From positions 744,001 through 808,000 of the forward strand of contig NW_027191415.1 in the NCBI RefSeq assembly GCF_041146345.1: a DNA stretch of 64,000 nt, given 5' to 3'. Source of the stretch: Neodothiora populina (taxonomy: Eukaryota). The position numbers and the translations under genes were made by a program. Under the pieces are notes generated by a model. The model was given only the letters and a program-made list of their open reading frames with translations, did no database searches and was not told the DNA's origin. Below, in pieces: positions 11,654-22,726 of the stretch (its first letter is position 1; each line of letters opens with the position of its first letter).

Positions 11654-14600
11654 ATGGACAAAGAAGATGAGGTTGTCGCCATCTCGTCACTGGATCCGTC
11701 CGACCCGGTCCCATCTGACACAGTCATCACAGCGTTGGTGAGTTTGCTATGGCCCTATTCCTCGACTACCGGACAATGCGCTCTCCTCCTCGCCGACCCG
11801 GACTTTCGAAAGCGCTACCGAAAGGGCCAGGTACGAGTCCGCTTCTCGGGACCCAGCGCCAGAGCCATCGCCAAATCAAAAATCAGCATTGGCGATCAGG
11901 TTGATATCCGCCTCGATGGCGCACGATGGATCAACCCGGCGCATGATGGACCTCTGGTGCAGACACCCGGAAAAGGAGTGGAGGGAGAACTGATCTTTGG
12001 CACATCGTTGAAGCTGAACATCCGTAAGGACGGACAGCAAGAGCGCCATTTATTGGATGTCAACGAGCCTGCAGATGCTCCATCAAGTCAATCTTTTACC
12101 AACGCACTTCCCTCAACGCCAGCTGCGCGTTTCTCGCGACACTCGGGGTTTGGCATGGACGCCTTCGGTGTGGCTGTCTACTCGTCTCCCGCTTTCATGA
12201 AGAGACTGCGCCTGTCGGAATCGAGCTTTGTCGAATCGCCGCGCACACCCTTGTCAGAGGATGCCGATCGTTTTATCGGTAGCGCTAAAAGCTCGAGGAG
12301 GGCGTCTTACAAACACGTCACTGAATGGAAGTTCGACAAGCGCGAGCCATCGCCCGAGAAGCAGGCTGGAGAGGCGGAATTTGAGAGCTCGAACACAGCG
12401 GTCGAGGATGTCGTGCCGCACAAGGAAGCTGCTCCGGAGTCTCAGGAGGCTACTGAGGAAGCGCAATCGCTCCCTGCGTCAACAAATGCTCTTCGGAACG
12501 AGTCGAACGATGTCACCATGGACACGCCCGCTTCAAGGACTGAAGATGAGCAGACAAGTGATGGCCTGGGTGCTGGAGTAGGCAGACCCGCTCGTGGTGA
12601 AGACCAAGAGATGTATGACGAATACCACGAGGCTGCCCAATCAAGTACTACAGCTACAACTGTGCCCTCCATGCCTCCTCCATCGCTACCGCGATTGCAA
12701 ATGCCAACAATCCCAGCGCATGTCTACGCCGAAAACATGTTTGCCGCCGCGAAGGCCATGACGGCCGCAGAAGAGAATGGCCCTCCCACTCCCAGACTCC
12801 GCCCCATTGGCAATCAGAATCTCCCTCTACCGTCTCCATTTCCCACTAGTGCCAAAGAGCTTGTACCGCCGATCGAATCGTTTGTTGAGCAGCACATGAC
12901 ACTCAACACAACTTCTGACGAGAATGTCGCCACAGCACGTGACGAGGCAACAGGAGCGAATGAAAAAGCCGCTGAATCGATAGAGCATCGACATGAAAGC
13001 TCGCTGGCACAATTAATGGCGGAAAAGTCCGATACTAGACAACATTCCACATTCATTTCTGAACATGTCCAGGTATTTGAGATCGAAGACATGGGTTCTG
13101 ATGACGATCAGAATATCGAAAGAGTGCTAGGCATACTGGAAAAGTCCATGACGCCTTTCTCTCACACTGATAGATCGGAGGTAGATGCGTTTTCCGTTGT
13201 TGACATGGAAGACGAGCTAGATCAGGAGCACGAAGAAAGCGAGGGAAGAAGCACACAACCAGCGGCAGAGGAGATGAGGAAAGGGGAGACCGAAGAAGGC
13301 GACCTGAAATCAGAGACAGCAGAGCAGCTAGCAGGAGATCATCCTGATGGCAAGAGGGAAACCGGAAAGGCTCCTGTCGAAACGCCTGTAGCTCCCAGCA
13401 ACGCCCGACAACACTCTACTCCGCAACCTACTCGCGTCGTTTATGATACGTTCCGCGGAATGGGACATGTGCCCAGCCCGCCCGTCGTAATTCGAGAAGC
13501 CGCCAATACTGAAGCAGCAACATCCCCCAGCCACGCCAGAGAAGACGTTGAAATGGGCGACGTCGACCCGCGAACGGCAGAAAGTCAAGATCCCGATGCC
13601 TTGTCAGAGACCGGCTATGATGACGACATGCTTGCCAGTCTACAAGCCAGCGACGACGAGATGGAAGAGCCGGACCTGGACTTCCTTACTGACGACCTCA
13701 GAGACGAGATAGACGCAGAAGATCTCAAAGCACTTTTGGGTGGTCAATCGGGCGAAGAAGATAATGAGGTGGATAGCGTCGATGACGGAGATGTGCTTGT
13801 ACACGATAGTGTTTGCAGCAGCGAGGACGATGATGACCTTGAGGATCCCTTGATGGAACCCAGTGATGACGAGAGCGAGGCTGAAGAAGACGATAGTCGC
13901 GAAGAGGATGTCGAGGTTGAAAGGTGGGGTCTCGGCGACTCGGACACCGGAACGCCTGTGCCACAGAGCGGACCTGCTGTGATTTCGCGAGAAGTTGTCC
14001 CTGAGTACGGTCTCGACGGAGCAGGGCTGTCGAAAGAGAGCAATGGGGCTTCGAACGCAGCTCCTGAAACCTCAGCCAAAACGCCGGTCGCGGAAAAAGA
14101 AGAAGAAGAAGAAGAAGAAGAAGAGGAGGCGGCATGGGAGGCTAGGGAAGCTGCTCTACGTGAAGTAGACAGTGAGCAGCTTCCTAGCCTTCTGAGCCAT
14201 GCATCAACCATGCCGTTGTCCTCTGTTGTCGCGGAGAAGCCACTCCCCCAACGAAGATCCGGCGTTACGATTGTCGAGATCCCCTCTGATTCCGAGGACT
14301 CTGAGGATGAGCAGGATCTACAGCATAACGTAGCCCATGATGATACCGCGGTAAACGACTCTTCTTCCGGAGTCAAGAATGAAGAGAGCGATGGGCGAAT
14401 GCGAAACGAGGTTGTAAGCGAAAATGACGAAGGACCTGAGCCAGAAAAGGTGCAGGTCTCTGTCAATGACACTTCCGGGACCTCTGATCGCATCAGCGCT
14501 GACCAAGACATGCCTGATCTCACTTCATCCCAGTACTTGTCTTCCGGACCGGTCGAGCAGTACGCAAGCGACAAAACGGACAGTTACATGACTCATCCCG

Positions 14601-16594
14601 GAGGTCTGGCACTTCTGCTAGATGGAGACGATTCAAGCTCTCTGCAAAAGCCCAATCCTCCTCTATCTGGCTTGGATGCTGGTACCGCAGACGTGCCGTC
14701 TAGTCATCTGTCAGATGTAACAGCAGGTCATACAGAGAACCTTCTAGTTAGCCGTGATGACCCAGGGCAAGGCAAGGAATTTGAGGAATCGACAAATATC
14801 GACATGCTTCGCAAAGGCGAGCCGGAAGGTCGGTCTGATCCTGCGCATGTAGAAAGGCCGGAGACGGACGCTGACACCGGCGTGGAAGTAGGTTCCCAAA
14901 CTCTTGATCTGCCACGCACTGACCTAGTCGCTGCAATCCTCGAACCAGCCCAAGACTTGTTACAACAGGACGCCGAGAATATGCGACTAACAAATTCCAG
15001 TTTCGTCACTCTAAGTAGCCCCTCGCCAGGTCCCCACGAGTCTTCTGAGCGCGCCGAGTCTATCGAAGCGATAGACTTGTCGCAGGTTGAGCCTGACTTT
15101 ATGACAACCCCATCCTTGAGCCAAAGTGAACGTGTCCCAAGGACTGAGCCTGTTCCGGACAGTACTGGATCACCTGCCACAATTTTGGTCGCAGGAAGTA
15201 GAGGAGCAGTCACTCGAACTTCAACTCCCGTTGGAAATGGGAACGAAACCCTACATATCCCGTTGTCGCAAGATGTAGGACTCTCGCAAATGCAAGGATT
15301 GCGAGATGGCGGTCAAACGACCACCGGCAAAAAACATATGTCTCAGAGGACCGAGGTTGAGAGCGAAGAACCCGGCGTAGACGAAGAATTACTGGTTGAA
15401 TACGTCCGAGGCAACGATGACTTGGTGAAGAACCTTGCGCCTGTCACAGAGCCATCTGGTGCTCACACAGCACAAGAGCATGCAGTCAAAAGCGATGTGA
15501 ACTCGGGTGTTCCGTCGTCCCGTGTAGAGTCCACCGAGCTTCACCTGGCATCACATACGAGCTTGGTGTCTGCAAACACAAGCGCTGTAGCAACAGTACA
15601 AGAGACGGTTGAGGGTGAACAAATAGTGCATGCACATGTCGGGGCAAGTGAGAGCGAAGCAGCAACGCAAGTAAGACTCCAAGCAGACAACTCGACCTCT
15701 CACAGCAACGCAAAGTCACTTGCTTCCAGAGATTCGCCAGCAACCCCAAACGCGCACACGCCCACCGCTTTTCGTAGATCACTGCAGGGAAAGATGAGCA
15801 GCGTACCATCAGTCATCAGTGCCTGGTTCACACCCAGAAGGTCAAGTGGCGTCATGAACTCGCCTCACGAGGAAAGCAAAGTTGGGACTCCTGCCCCAAA
15901 GCGACCCGCTGCTACTCCCAACACTCGCGAGAAAAGGGCAGAGCGACAAGTCTCGCCGCCTCCAGAATTAGCATCCCAAGGAACATCAACGTCACTCTCA
16001 TACTTCCATCCATTGGCATCAGTCGAAGCCTTCTTGAACCAGTCTACATACACTGCAGATGTCATTGCCGTGAGTACTGGCGTGTCCAGCGAGGCAATCA
16101 GAGCGGATAAAGGGCCTAGGGACTTCTTTACTGTACTTCAACTTACGGACCCATCGCTGCATGAACGGAAGCAGGCTGTCTACGACAACGAAGAATCGAG
16201 CACGGACGCAACGAAAACAGAGATGCGTGCAGAGGTTTTCCGACCATGGAAAGCTTCATTGCCAACGACGGAAGAGGGAGACGTGGTCTTGCTTCGTAAC
16301 TTTGTCGTCAAAAGCTTCGAACGACGGAGCTATCTTCTCAGCAGCGAGGCGAGCTCCTGGTGCGTTTGGCGCTTCTCGGCCACGATTACACAGCAGCAGC
16401 GAGGCGAGGATCACCAGGATATCTTCCAACCTGCTTGGGTCAGGAAGCAACACACGACCATCAAGGAGCAAGTCAAGGGTCCACCTATGGATATTGGGCC
16501 AGAGGAGAGGGAGAAGGCCAGGCATCTGAGGAGGTGGTGGGAAAGGGAGATGCGGACAGAAAGGTCAGGAGGACGTGACTCTGGTCAGGGATGA
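11654..16594 (+). CDS. Large acidic protein (about 1646 aa) with a C-terminal POT1/Telo_bind-like OB fold and a probable N-terminal OB fold
   Basis: Single long ORF. The C-terminal segment DVIAVS...GPRDFFTVLQLTDPS...AEVFRPWKASLP..EEGDVVLLRNFVVKS resembles POT1 OB1. The N-terminal segment LLWPYSS..ALLLADPD..VRVRFSG..IGDQVDI is beta-rich. The centre is a long D/E-rich, likely disordered region. Confidence 0.8.
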   Translation: MDKEDEVVAISSLDPSDPVPSDTVITALVSLLWPYSSTTGQCALLLADPDFRKRYRKGQVRVRFSGPSARAIAKSKISIGDQVDIRLDGARWINPAHDGPLVQTPGKGVEGELIFGTSLKLNIRKDGQQERHLLDVNEPADAPSSQSFTNALPSTPAARFSRHSGFGMDAFGVAVYSSPAFMKRLRLSESSFVESPRTPLSEDADRFIGSAKSSRRASYKHVTEWKFDKREPSPEKQAGEAEFESSNTAVEDVVPHKEAAPESQEATEEAQSLPASTNALRNESNDVTMDTPASRTEDEQTSDGLGAGVGRPARGEDQEMYDEYHEAAQSSTTATTVPSMPPPSLPRLQMPTIPAHVYAENMFAAAKAMTAAEENGPPTPRLRPIGNQNLPLPSPFPTSAKELVPPIESFVEQHMTLNTTSDENVATARDEATGANEKAAESIEHRHESSLAQLMAEKSDTRQHSTFISEHVQVFEIEDMGSDDDQNIERVLGILEKSMTPFSHTDRSEVDAFSVVDMEDELDQEHEESEGRSTQPAAEEMRKGETEEGDLKSETAEQLAGDHPDGKRETGKAPVETPVAPSNARQHSTPQPTRVVYDTFRGMGHVPSPPVVIREAANTEAATSPSHAREDVEMGDVDPRTAESQDPDALSETGYDDDMLASLQASDDEMEEPDLDFLTDDLRDEIDAEDLKALLGGQSGEEDNEVDSVDDGDVLVHDSVCSSEDDDDLEDPLMEPSDDESEAEEDDSREEDVEVERWGLGDSDTGTPVPQSGPAVISREVVPEYGLDGAGLSKESNGASNAAPETSAKTPVAEKEEEEEEEEEEAAWEAREAALREVDSEQLPSLLSHASTMPLSSVVAEKPLPQRRSGVTIVEIPSDSEDSEDEQDLQHNVAHDDTAVNDSSSGVKNEESDGRMRNEVVSENDEGPEPEKVQVSVNDTSGTSDRISADQDMPDLTSSQYLSSGPVEQYASDKTDSYMTHPGGLALLLDGDDSSSLQKPNPPLSGLDAGTADVPSSHLSDVTAGHTENLLVSRDDPGQGKEFEESTNIDMLRKGEPEGRSDPAHVERPETDADTGVEVGSQTLDLPRTDLVAAILEPAQDLLQQDAENMRLTNSSFVTLSSPSPGPHESSERAESIEAIDLSQVEPDFMTTPSLSQSERVPRTEPVPDSTGSPATILVAGSRGAVTRTSTPVGNGNETLHIPLSQDVGLSQMQGLRDGGQTTTGKKHMSQRTEVESEEPGVDEELLVEYVRGNDDLVKNLAPVTEPSGAHTAQEHAVKSDVNSGVPSSRVESTELHLASHTSLVSANTSAVATVQETVEGEQIVHAHVGASESEAATQVRLQADNSTSHSNAKSLASRDSPATPNAHTPTAFRRSLQGKMSSVPSVISAWFTPRRSSGVMNSPHEESKVGTPAPKRPAATPNTREKRAERQVSPPPELASQGTSTSLSYFHPLASVEAFLNQSTYTADVIAVSTGVSSEAIRADKGPRDFFTVLQLTDPSLHERKQAVYDNEESSTDATKTEMRAEVFRPWKASLPTTEEGDVVLLRNFVVKSFERRSYLLSSEASSWCVWRFSATITQQQRGEDHQDIFQPAWVRKQHTTIKEQVKGPPMDIGPEEREKARHLRRWWEREMRTERSGGRDSGQG
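14099..14128 (+). repeat. (GAA)8(GAG)2 coding microsatellite encoding poly-Glu10
   Basis: Read directly from the sequence. Confidence 0.9.
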
Positions 16595-16927
16595 CGAGAC
16601 TCGATAGCGCTTCACACGCAGCTGAGGAATAGGAACGAGTGAACAGGACATTTAGGATCAGCTGTTACAGCGACCAAGGGTGTTCGGTATATCTAATTCA
16701 AGCACTGTGTCGAAAAACGAACAATATGCTTCTTTTGTTTTGGACCATCCCTCTTTGCGCTGTGCAGATAGTCAGGGGTCCAGGACTGGGCCGTCTGTCT
16801 GCTCTTTATCGATTCTCTTCTGCTTATATCCACTTGTCAAACGCACCGATCTTGAGGAAAAACAAGTCCTCGTCTCCCCATAACAGTACACCATCCCACA
16901 CCTTTCCAAGATGCTCCCTCCTCAAAT

Positions 16928-17412
16928 CTACAAAAGTCCCTTCCTAGCAAGTTGAATCTTCCTAGCCGCCTCCCCCTCCTTCCAACCCCCCTTGTTCACA
17001 CACACCATACTGCCATCCCCGAACTCGACTTTGTCCTCTATGGCGGGAAAGGCACACGGGCAGTGATGCGGGAAATGCACGCACGACAGTGTCTGCGGGC
17101 AGAGGTATTTGTCGCAGTGAGCTATTTTGCACTCCAATCAGTCTCCTTTTCCTCATCGGTTCTTGGACTTGGGTGGAAGGGATGTGGGGAAGGGATGGAT
17201 GGGGGGGGGGGGATCCAATGGCCCAGCTTACCGGCTTCGTACTGCGCCTGATACCAATTCGAGTCACTGGCTGCATTTTGAGGTTGTTGATGGTGATGTT
17301 GGCCGCCGCCGCCGTTGCCGCCGAAGAAGTCGTGGAAGTTGAATTGTGCGCTTGCTGGCAGGATCAGGAAGAGCAGCAGGGCGGAGAGGATTGTTGGTAT
17401 GTATCGGGTCAT
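16928..17412 (-). CDS. LCL2: Long chronological lifespan protein 2 (intron 17122-17231)
   Basis: Signal peptide, then [10 protein letters not shown], Cys-rich [21 protein letters not shown] and C-terminal [10 protein letters not shown]. Confidence 0.9.
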
Positions 17413-18056
17413 TTTTTGGTTCTTGGTGTTGGTGTTGTTGGCTGGCTATGGTGAGTCTCAGGCTCTGACACTCGATGAGTGAGGAGGAGGTAGAGTATCG
17501 ATTAGAGGGCGAGAGTTGTGGAAATGAAATGTGGTCGGTGGTGTCGATGCTGCTGACGTACTGTAGGGTTGTTCTCGTGTAACGTAGATAAATACAGTAT
17601 CACATGGACGCTGAAGGTATACTGTAGTCTGCAAGAGTGGGACCTACTTGTTGATATTTAATGATTGGAGAATGGTCTATGCTGCGAGCTCTCGATGCTG
17701 CGTGTGCTATTCTACCAGTATCGATATACGAGAGAACAATGTACTTGTTCAGTAATAACAAGATACCACCTAGTCAATCATTCTACCTTGTCTATCGGAG
17801 GTGAGTTATCGGCAAAATCCAGGGTCATTCTTTTCCCCGCAATAACGTTCAATGCTCAAAAGCAGCAGCACAAGAAAATCAGAAGTCCCAAAAGTCCTCG
17901 TCCGTGCGTTTTCGCAGCTCTTGACATTTTTCGACTTGACGACAAGAACGAGAAAAGCAAAGGAACGAAGCAGCTCACGACGAACGACGGCCACTTTCAC
18001 GATATCAGTCAATCCGTCCATCACAACGAAAAGAGAACAAAAGAGAATCATCCAAT

Positions 18057-18583
18057 ATGCATCTCATGTACACCATCGGCGCCGACGGCAAGCGCGCCTA
18101 CACCCTCAAGAAGGTTGTGGGTTCCGAAGTCACCAAGTCTGCGCACCCGGCTAGATTCTCTCCTGACGACAAGTACTCGAGGTATGCGACACGCTTTCCA
18201 TGCCTGTGTTTCCGCCTCTGTGCAGCTTTCTTTCTCTGTCGCGATCGAATGAAAGGGCGAGGAAGGACTGGATCTCGGTCGAGAAGGCTGCACAATGGCT
18301 GGACGCCGAAAAGAACAAGGAAATGGTGGGCGGTAGAGAAAGAGAGCCGACAGCCAAGAAGAAATAGACAGAGCAAGAGACAGACAGCCGAGATGAACTC
18401 CCTACTGACATTCCTCCGCTACAGACACAGAGTCACCCTCAAGAAGCGCTACGGCCTCCTCATGACCCAGCAGAGTCAGTATTCTCACCATCATCCACCG
18501 CCCACACGGATTGCTGTCGAAGGCTTTAAGAACACCTCACTGACACTTTCCCTACAGAAGACCTCAAGGTCCTCGGCCAATAG
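18057..18583 (+). CDS. NOP10: H/ACA snoRNP subunit Nop10 (introns 18182-18424, 18475-18557)
   Basis: The spliced product is [19 protein letters not shown]...[27 protein letters not shown]... Confidence 0.96.
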
Positions 18584-19131
18584 ACGATTGCTAGAGCACA
18601 GAGACGAACTCAAAGAGCAAAACGGGTGATGACCATGCATGCATACCCGTTCGCACCTCCTCTCCCACACACATTCGGCTCCCGGTACTCGGAAGTGAGC
18701 CAGCGGCGTTCTATTAGGATGGGTTCTATGGCGGTTGCATTTTCGAAATGTTATTCGGTGTATTGTTGTACGGGGTTTTCTTTTTCTATTGGAAAGGTGG
18801 AAGGAGAGAGACGAAGAAAAGAAGCACTGGGGACAGCTCTTTTGCGGACATGAAAATTGTCAATAGTCCAAATTCACAAACATTTGATAAAATGTGTCTG
18901 AACGTCGAAGAGTGCACTGGCCGAGTCGATTGTGACAGTGCTGTGCATCCAAAGCATCTATACCGCTAGATCGAAAGTCCTTCTCCTGATGTACCATGTC
19001 AACTTTTCTTCCGTCTCTCCCCTACTGCCGAAAACGCCTGATCCGTACCACCTAAAAACCCCCCCACCCGTCGCTATGCTCTCATGCAAAGTTCAAATGT
19101 CGTGATTCCCTTTCCAATCGTAGATGCCTCT

Positions 19132-20430
19132 CTATCGCTTCCTCGCGTTCACGTTGCGCCCGGCGCCGACCTTGATCCTGCCGCCCGTCTTTCCACGTGC
19201 GCCCGTCAAAATCGACGGCAGGTAGTCCTCATCCATGAGATCGCGCTCCTTGCTGCGCTTCTGCAGCGTCTGAGCATTGAGGTACTCCTTCTGGTCCTCG
19301 GCGAGGATCAAGTCGTTGCCCCAGCCGCCCTTGCCGCCTCCCTGGATGCGGCCGTTGGACGAGCCATGCACGGCCTTGGGGATGCTGAAGCGGTCGCCGC
19401 GCGTGTTCCACTGCATGTTCTTCTTCAGGTGCAGCTTGAACTCGCCCTTGGAGTCTGTCGAGCACGCCACGCGCGTGAGTGTTGGGCCGCCGCAGCGCGG
19501 GCAGAATTGCTTGTCCATCTGCTTGCAGATCTGGAAGCAGGCGTGGCAGCGGAGCACGAACGTCTTGAGGTTCTTGACTCGGTGCATCGAGGGCGAGAGC
19601 AGGTTGAGGTTCATTTGGAGAATCACGTTCTGCATGGCGAAATCGGTCGTCAAGGTGCCGACTTGCATCGTGGATGGCTCGGCGGGTCCTGATACCGAGA
19701 CGCCGGCGTCTTTGGCTTGCTGCTTCTTCAGGTTCGATGGGGTGATCCAGCCGTCTGAGTCTGAGTCTGATTCGTCTTCTTGTTCGGCAGCTTGTACTTG
19801 CTCGGGCTGCGAGCTGGTTACGCTGTCTTTGAGGTTGGCCGAGGCCAAGTCATCAGTCACCTCTTTGAGATCTGCATCGGTTGCATCTGCTGGCTTCGAG
19901 GCGTCTGCCTCGGGTTGATCTTCTGTTGACGTGACTGAAGATTCAGCGGATGCATTCTCCACGGGCGAGATCTCCTGGACAGCAATAGTCCCAGCATCGT
20001 CTCCTGGCACAGCGCTGCTGTCGTCCTTTGACTCCTCAGGCTTGGCTTTCGAGGGTGGCGATCCATTCAGACCTTTCTGACCGGGCACTCTTCGCAGTCT
20101 CCAGTCACCGCCGTTCCTTTCGCACTCCAGTTCATACGCGAGAGCGATGATTTGGATATCCGGTTTACTTAGCACCGCCAGATCTCCAGTCTTTCGGGCA
20201 AAATCTGATACGACTTTGATACTATCCGGTGTTGGGGACCTCAGAGTCAAGAAGGGAGAGAGTTGCGTTTCAACGCGCGAACGAGTGGCTGCATCTCTGA
20301 TTTCTGTAATGATTGCTGGCACCGTCACCAGGCTCTCTGCTTGGGCTAGGAGGGTTGACACAGTTGGATGATTTTTAATAATTGCTCCAGTGTCCAAGAC
20401 AATAGTATGGACGGGTTTCTGGGTAGACAT
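19132..20430 (-). CDS. NOB1: 20S pre-rRNA D-site endonuclease Nob1
   Basis: PIN domain (IVLDTGA, TGDLAVLSKPD, TDFAMQNV), DGWITPSN motif and zinc ribbon CHAC..CPRC. Confidence 0.95.
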   Translation of the reverse strand: MSTQKPVHTIVLDTGAIIKNHPTVSTLLAQAESLVTVPAIITEIRDAATRSRVETQLSPFLTLRSPTPDSIKVVSDFARKTGDLAVLSKPDIQIIALAYELECERNGGDWRLRRVPGQKGLNGSPPSKAKPEESKDDSSAVPGDDAGTIAVQEISPVENASAESSVTSTEDQPEADASKPADATDADLKEVTDDLASANLKDSVTSSQPEQVQAAEQEDESDSDSDGWITPSNLKKQQAKDAGVSVSGPAEPSTMQVGTLTTDFAMQNVILQMNLNLLSPSMHRVKNLKTFVLRCHACFQICKQMDKQFCPRCGGPTLTRVACSTDSKGEFKLHLKKNMQWNTRGDRFSIPKAVHGSSNGRIQGGGKGGWGNDLILAEDQKEYLNAQTLQKRSKERDLMDEDYLPSILTGARGKTGGRIKVGAGRNVNARKR

Positions 20431-22726
20431 TGCGACTTTCTGGTTTTCCTCTTCCGGACAAATCTGGGTTTTTACTAGAAATTCGGGACAGCTAGATCAC
20501 AGACAATCGATATGTGGTTATCTTCAATTTTCTTCACGTCTTGGGGACACTAGACGCTCTGAACAAAATATCAAGTACAAACTTTATGACAGTGAACTTT
20601 TTTGGAGGCACATCTGCATGTGAAAGCCCGATAACCCGAGAATATGCCGCGCGCTACTCCACGACCCCAAGACTACCTTATTAGGTTACTAAACTCGGGC
20701 TCGCTGACCGTCCGCTCGTACTGTACAGTAAATGTCCATAGCAGAAAGCGATGGATGGTCAAGATCGTAACACGCAGCGGCATCCGACCATTGTTCAGTA
20801 TGCCAGTTCAATCTGCGAGAGACATAGACCCAACATGTCGGTCGACATTTCATCGTGCTCATCGTCGGTACATAACAAACCAGAGATTAGCACACAGCTC
20901 ACTCCGGCAGCCGCGCAGGCAGGATGAATGTTCGAAAGTCACAGCCTACCTGCTAGCAATGATCAATAAGACATTATGAGCGTCTCGCCCGCGCACTTAG
21001 GGGAAGGACGGGGAAGCGCGCGTCCACGTTGTCAAGATCTGGGTCAAGCAGGACATCATGAACTTGAATGACCCGGGAGATGCGTCAGGCCGACTCAGAA
21101 GTGCACACCACAAGACCGAATCACCGCGGTTAATCCACAATCGAAAAGAAAACCTGCAGCTGTCGTGGTAAGGATGGGCTGTCGACACATGGCAAGTGCT
21201 GGGGAACAATGGGCAATACGCGACGATTGACATCCTCTGTGCAGCAATACTGTAGGCGTGAGTCGGAGACAGCTAGAAGCGATGCACCAGACTCGAAACT
21301 GACGGTGTTCCCTGCGTATGCGAAGCACGAAAAAGACAGAAGCGGGGACATGCATCTTCCTTCTCCCAGCTCAATCAATTTACAATGCCTCATACAATTC
21401 CGGCTGCACACTGCTTCTGTATGATTGAGATGGGTCTAGCCGCATCGATCTGGTTTCAGAAGCTGAGTGCGAATGCGGCATTGCATTCGCGCCAAGATGT
21501 ATGGTACGGCGTGATGGAAAAGGGCTCCCGGACAGCAAAGCAATATGCAAGAGTCGTTTACGAGTGAAGCAAATTAATCTATCAGCCGGATGTGTTTCGG
21601 AACTTGACACCAGCGAGCGTTCTTGGTAACTGCGGGAGTGCCATGCACACTTGGCAAGCTGCCGGGAAGATGTGGGATTGGTGGCCGACGCTCTTCGGCA
21701 CTATTAGACAACAGCTCAAGGGTAAGAATATTGCTGTACTCCTGGAAAGCGAAGTCAATCCAATGATAGAATAACAGACACAAGAAAATGGCATCTGGCA
21801 GAAGAAGACAGATCAAGCTTTGGTGTCTGCTTCATGATACATGCGCACTGTACTTCGTGTAATATGTACGAATAGAGTGTCACACGCACGCACGTGTACG
21901 GACGGATCGGCAGACGGCCATGCGCTCGAATGCACGGCGGGTTGACCAGCATAATTGACGAGGCAGAGGCAGGGCATACAGTACAGTAGAAGCCCCAAGA
22001 GCCACAGAAAAGCTCGAGGCAGCAGGGCAGTGAAACGCACAAGTGGAGATGGCAGCACGAGGCTAGCCTGCTGGGTGAATTACAGTACAGTACAGTTGGT
22101 TGGTACAGGTAGTTTGACAGAAAGTCCCGTCTTTTTTCTGGTCAGGGTAATAATAACGACAGCGTCTTGGTCTCAATTAGCGGCGTCTGAAGGGCATAAG
22201 GCCCAAGGTAGCTTAGTTGCCTTGGTCAAGTCTGCCCATCCTTTTTTTGCCCTTGAATCCATTGCACTTTTCGGAAGAAACGCAGTGGACGAGCCGAGAG
22301 GTCTCGGTATTGGTAGCTTCGTTGTCTTCGTTGTCGTCCGTCGTCTCGTCTGTCTGCCTGTCTGTCGTGCCAGCTTCAGCTTCAGCTCCAGCTCCAGTAG
22401 CAATCAGCTTTCCTTCGCTTTCGCCCACTACACAACCACGAGTGCTCCTTATTCCCGAGCCCTCATCACTTCGTTACGTCTATCCATAAAGCTGCTTCAC
22501 AGACGCATCTCTGCGTTATCCCGGTAACCTATACTTGTCTTAACCTTTACTTCTTCCTCTCACCGCACCTGCCGCTTGTGCACACAGTGCGGGGGAAGAC
22601 ACAACTTTGTACCGTCAGTACTTGCCTTTGCTTGCACGAGTGCTTCATACCTTGAACATCCCACCCGAGTCGTCGTCGTCGTCGGATAATTGTTGAAAAG
22701 ACAACACGTCCATCAACCACATCATT

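Noticed and set aside
17201..17212. Poly-G runs here and near 25377-25389
   Set aside because: Simple homopolymers in an intron or 3' region, with no further evidence of function.
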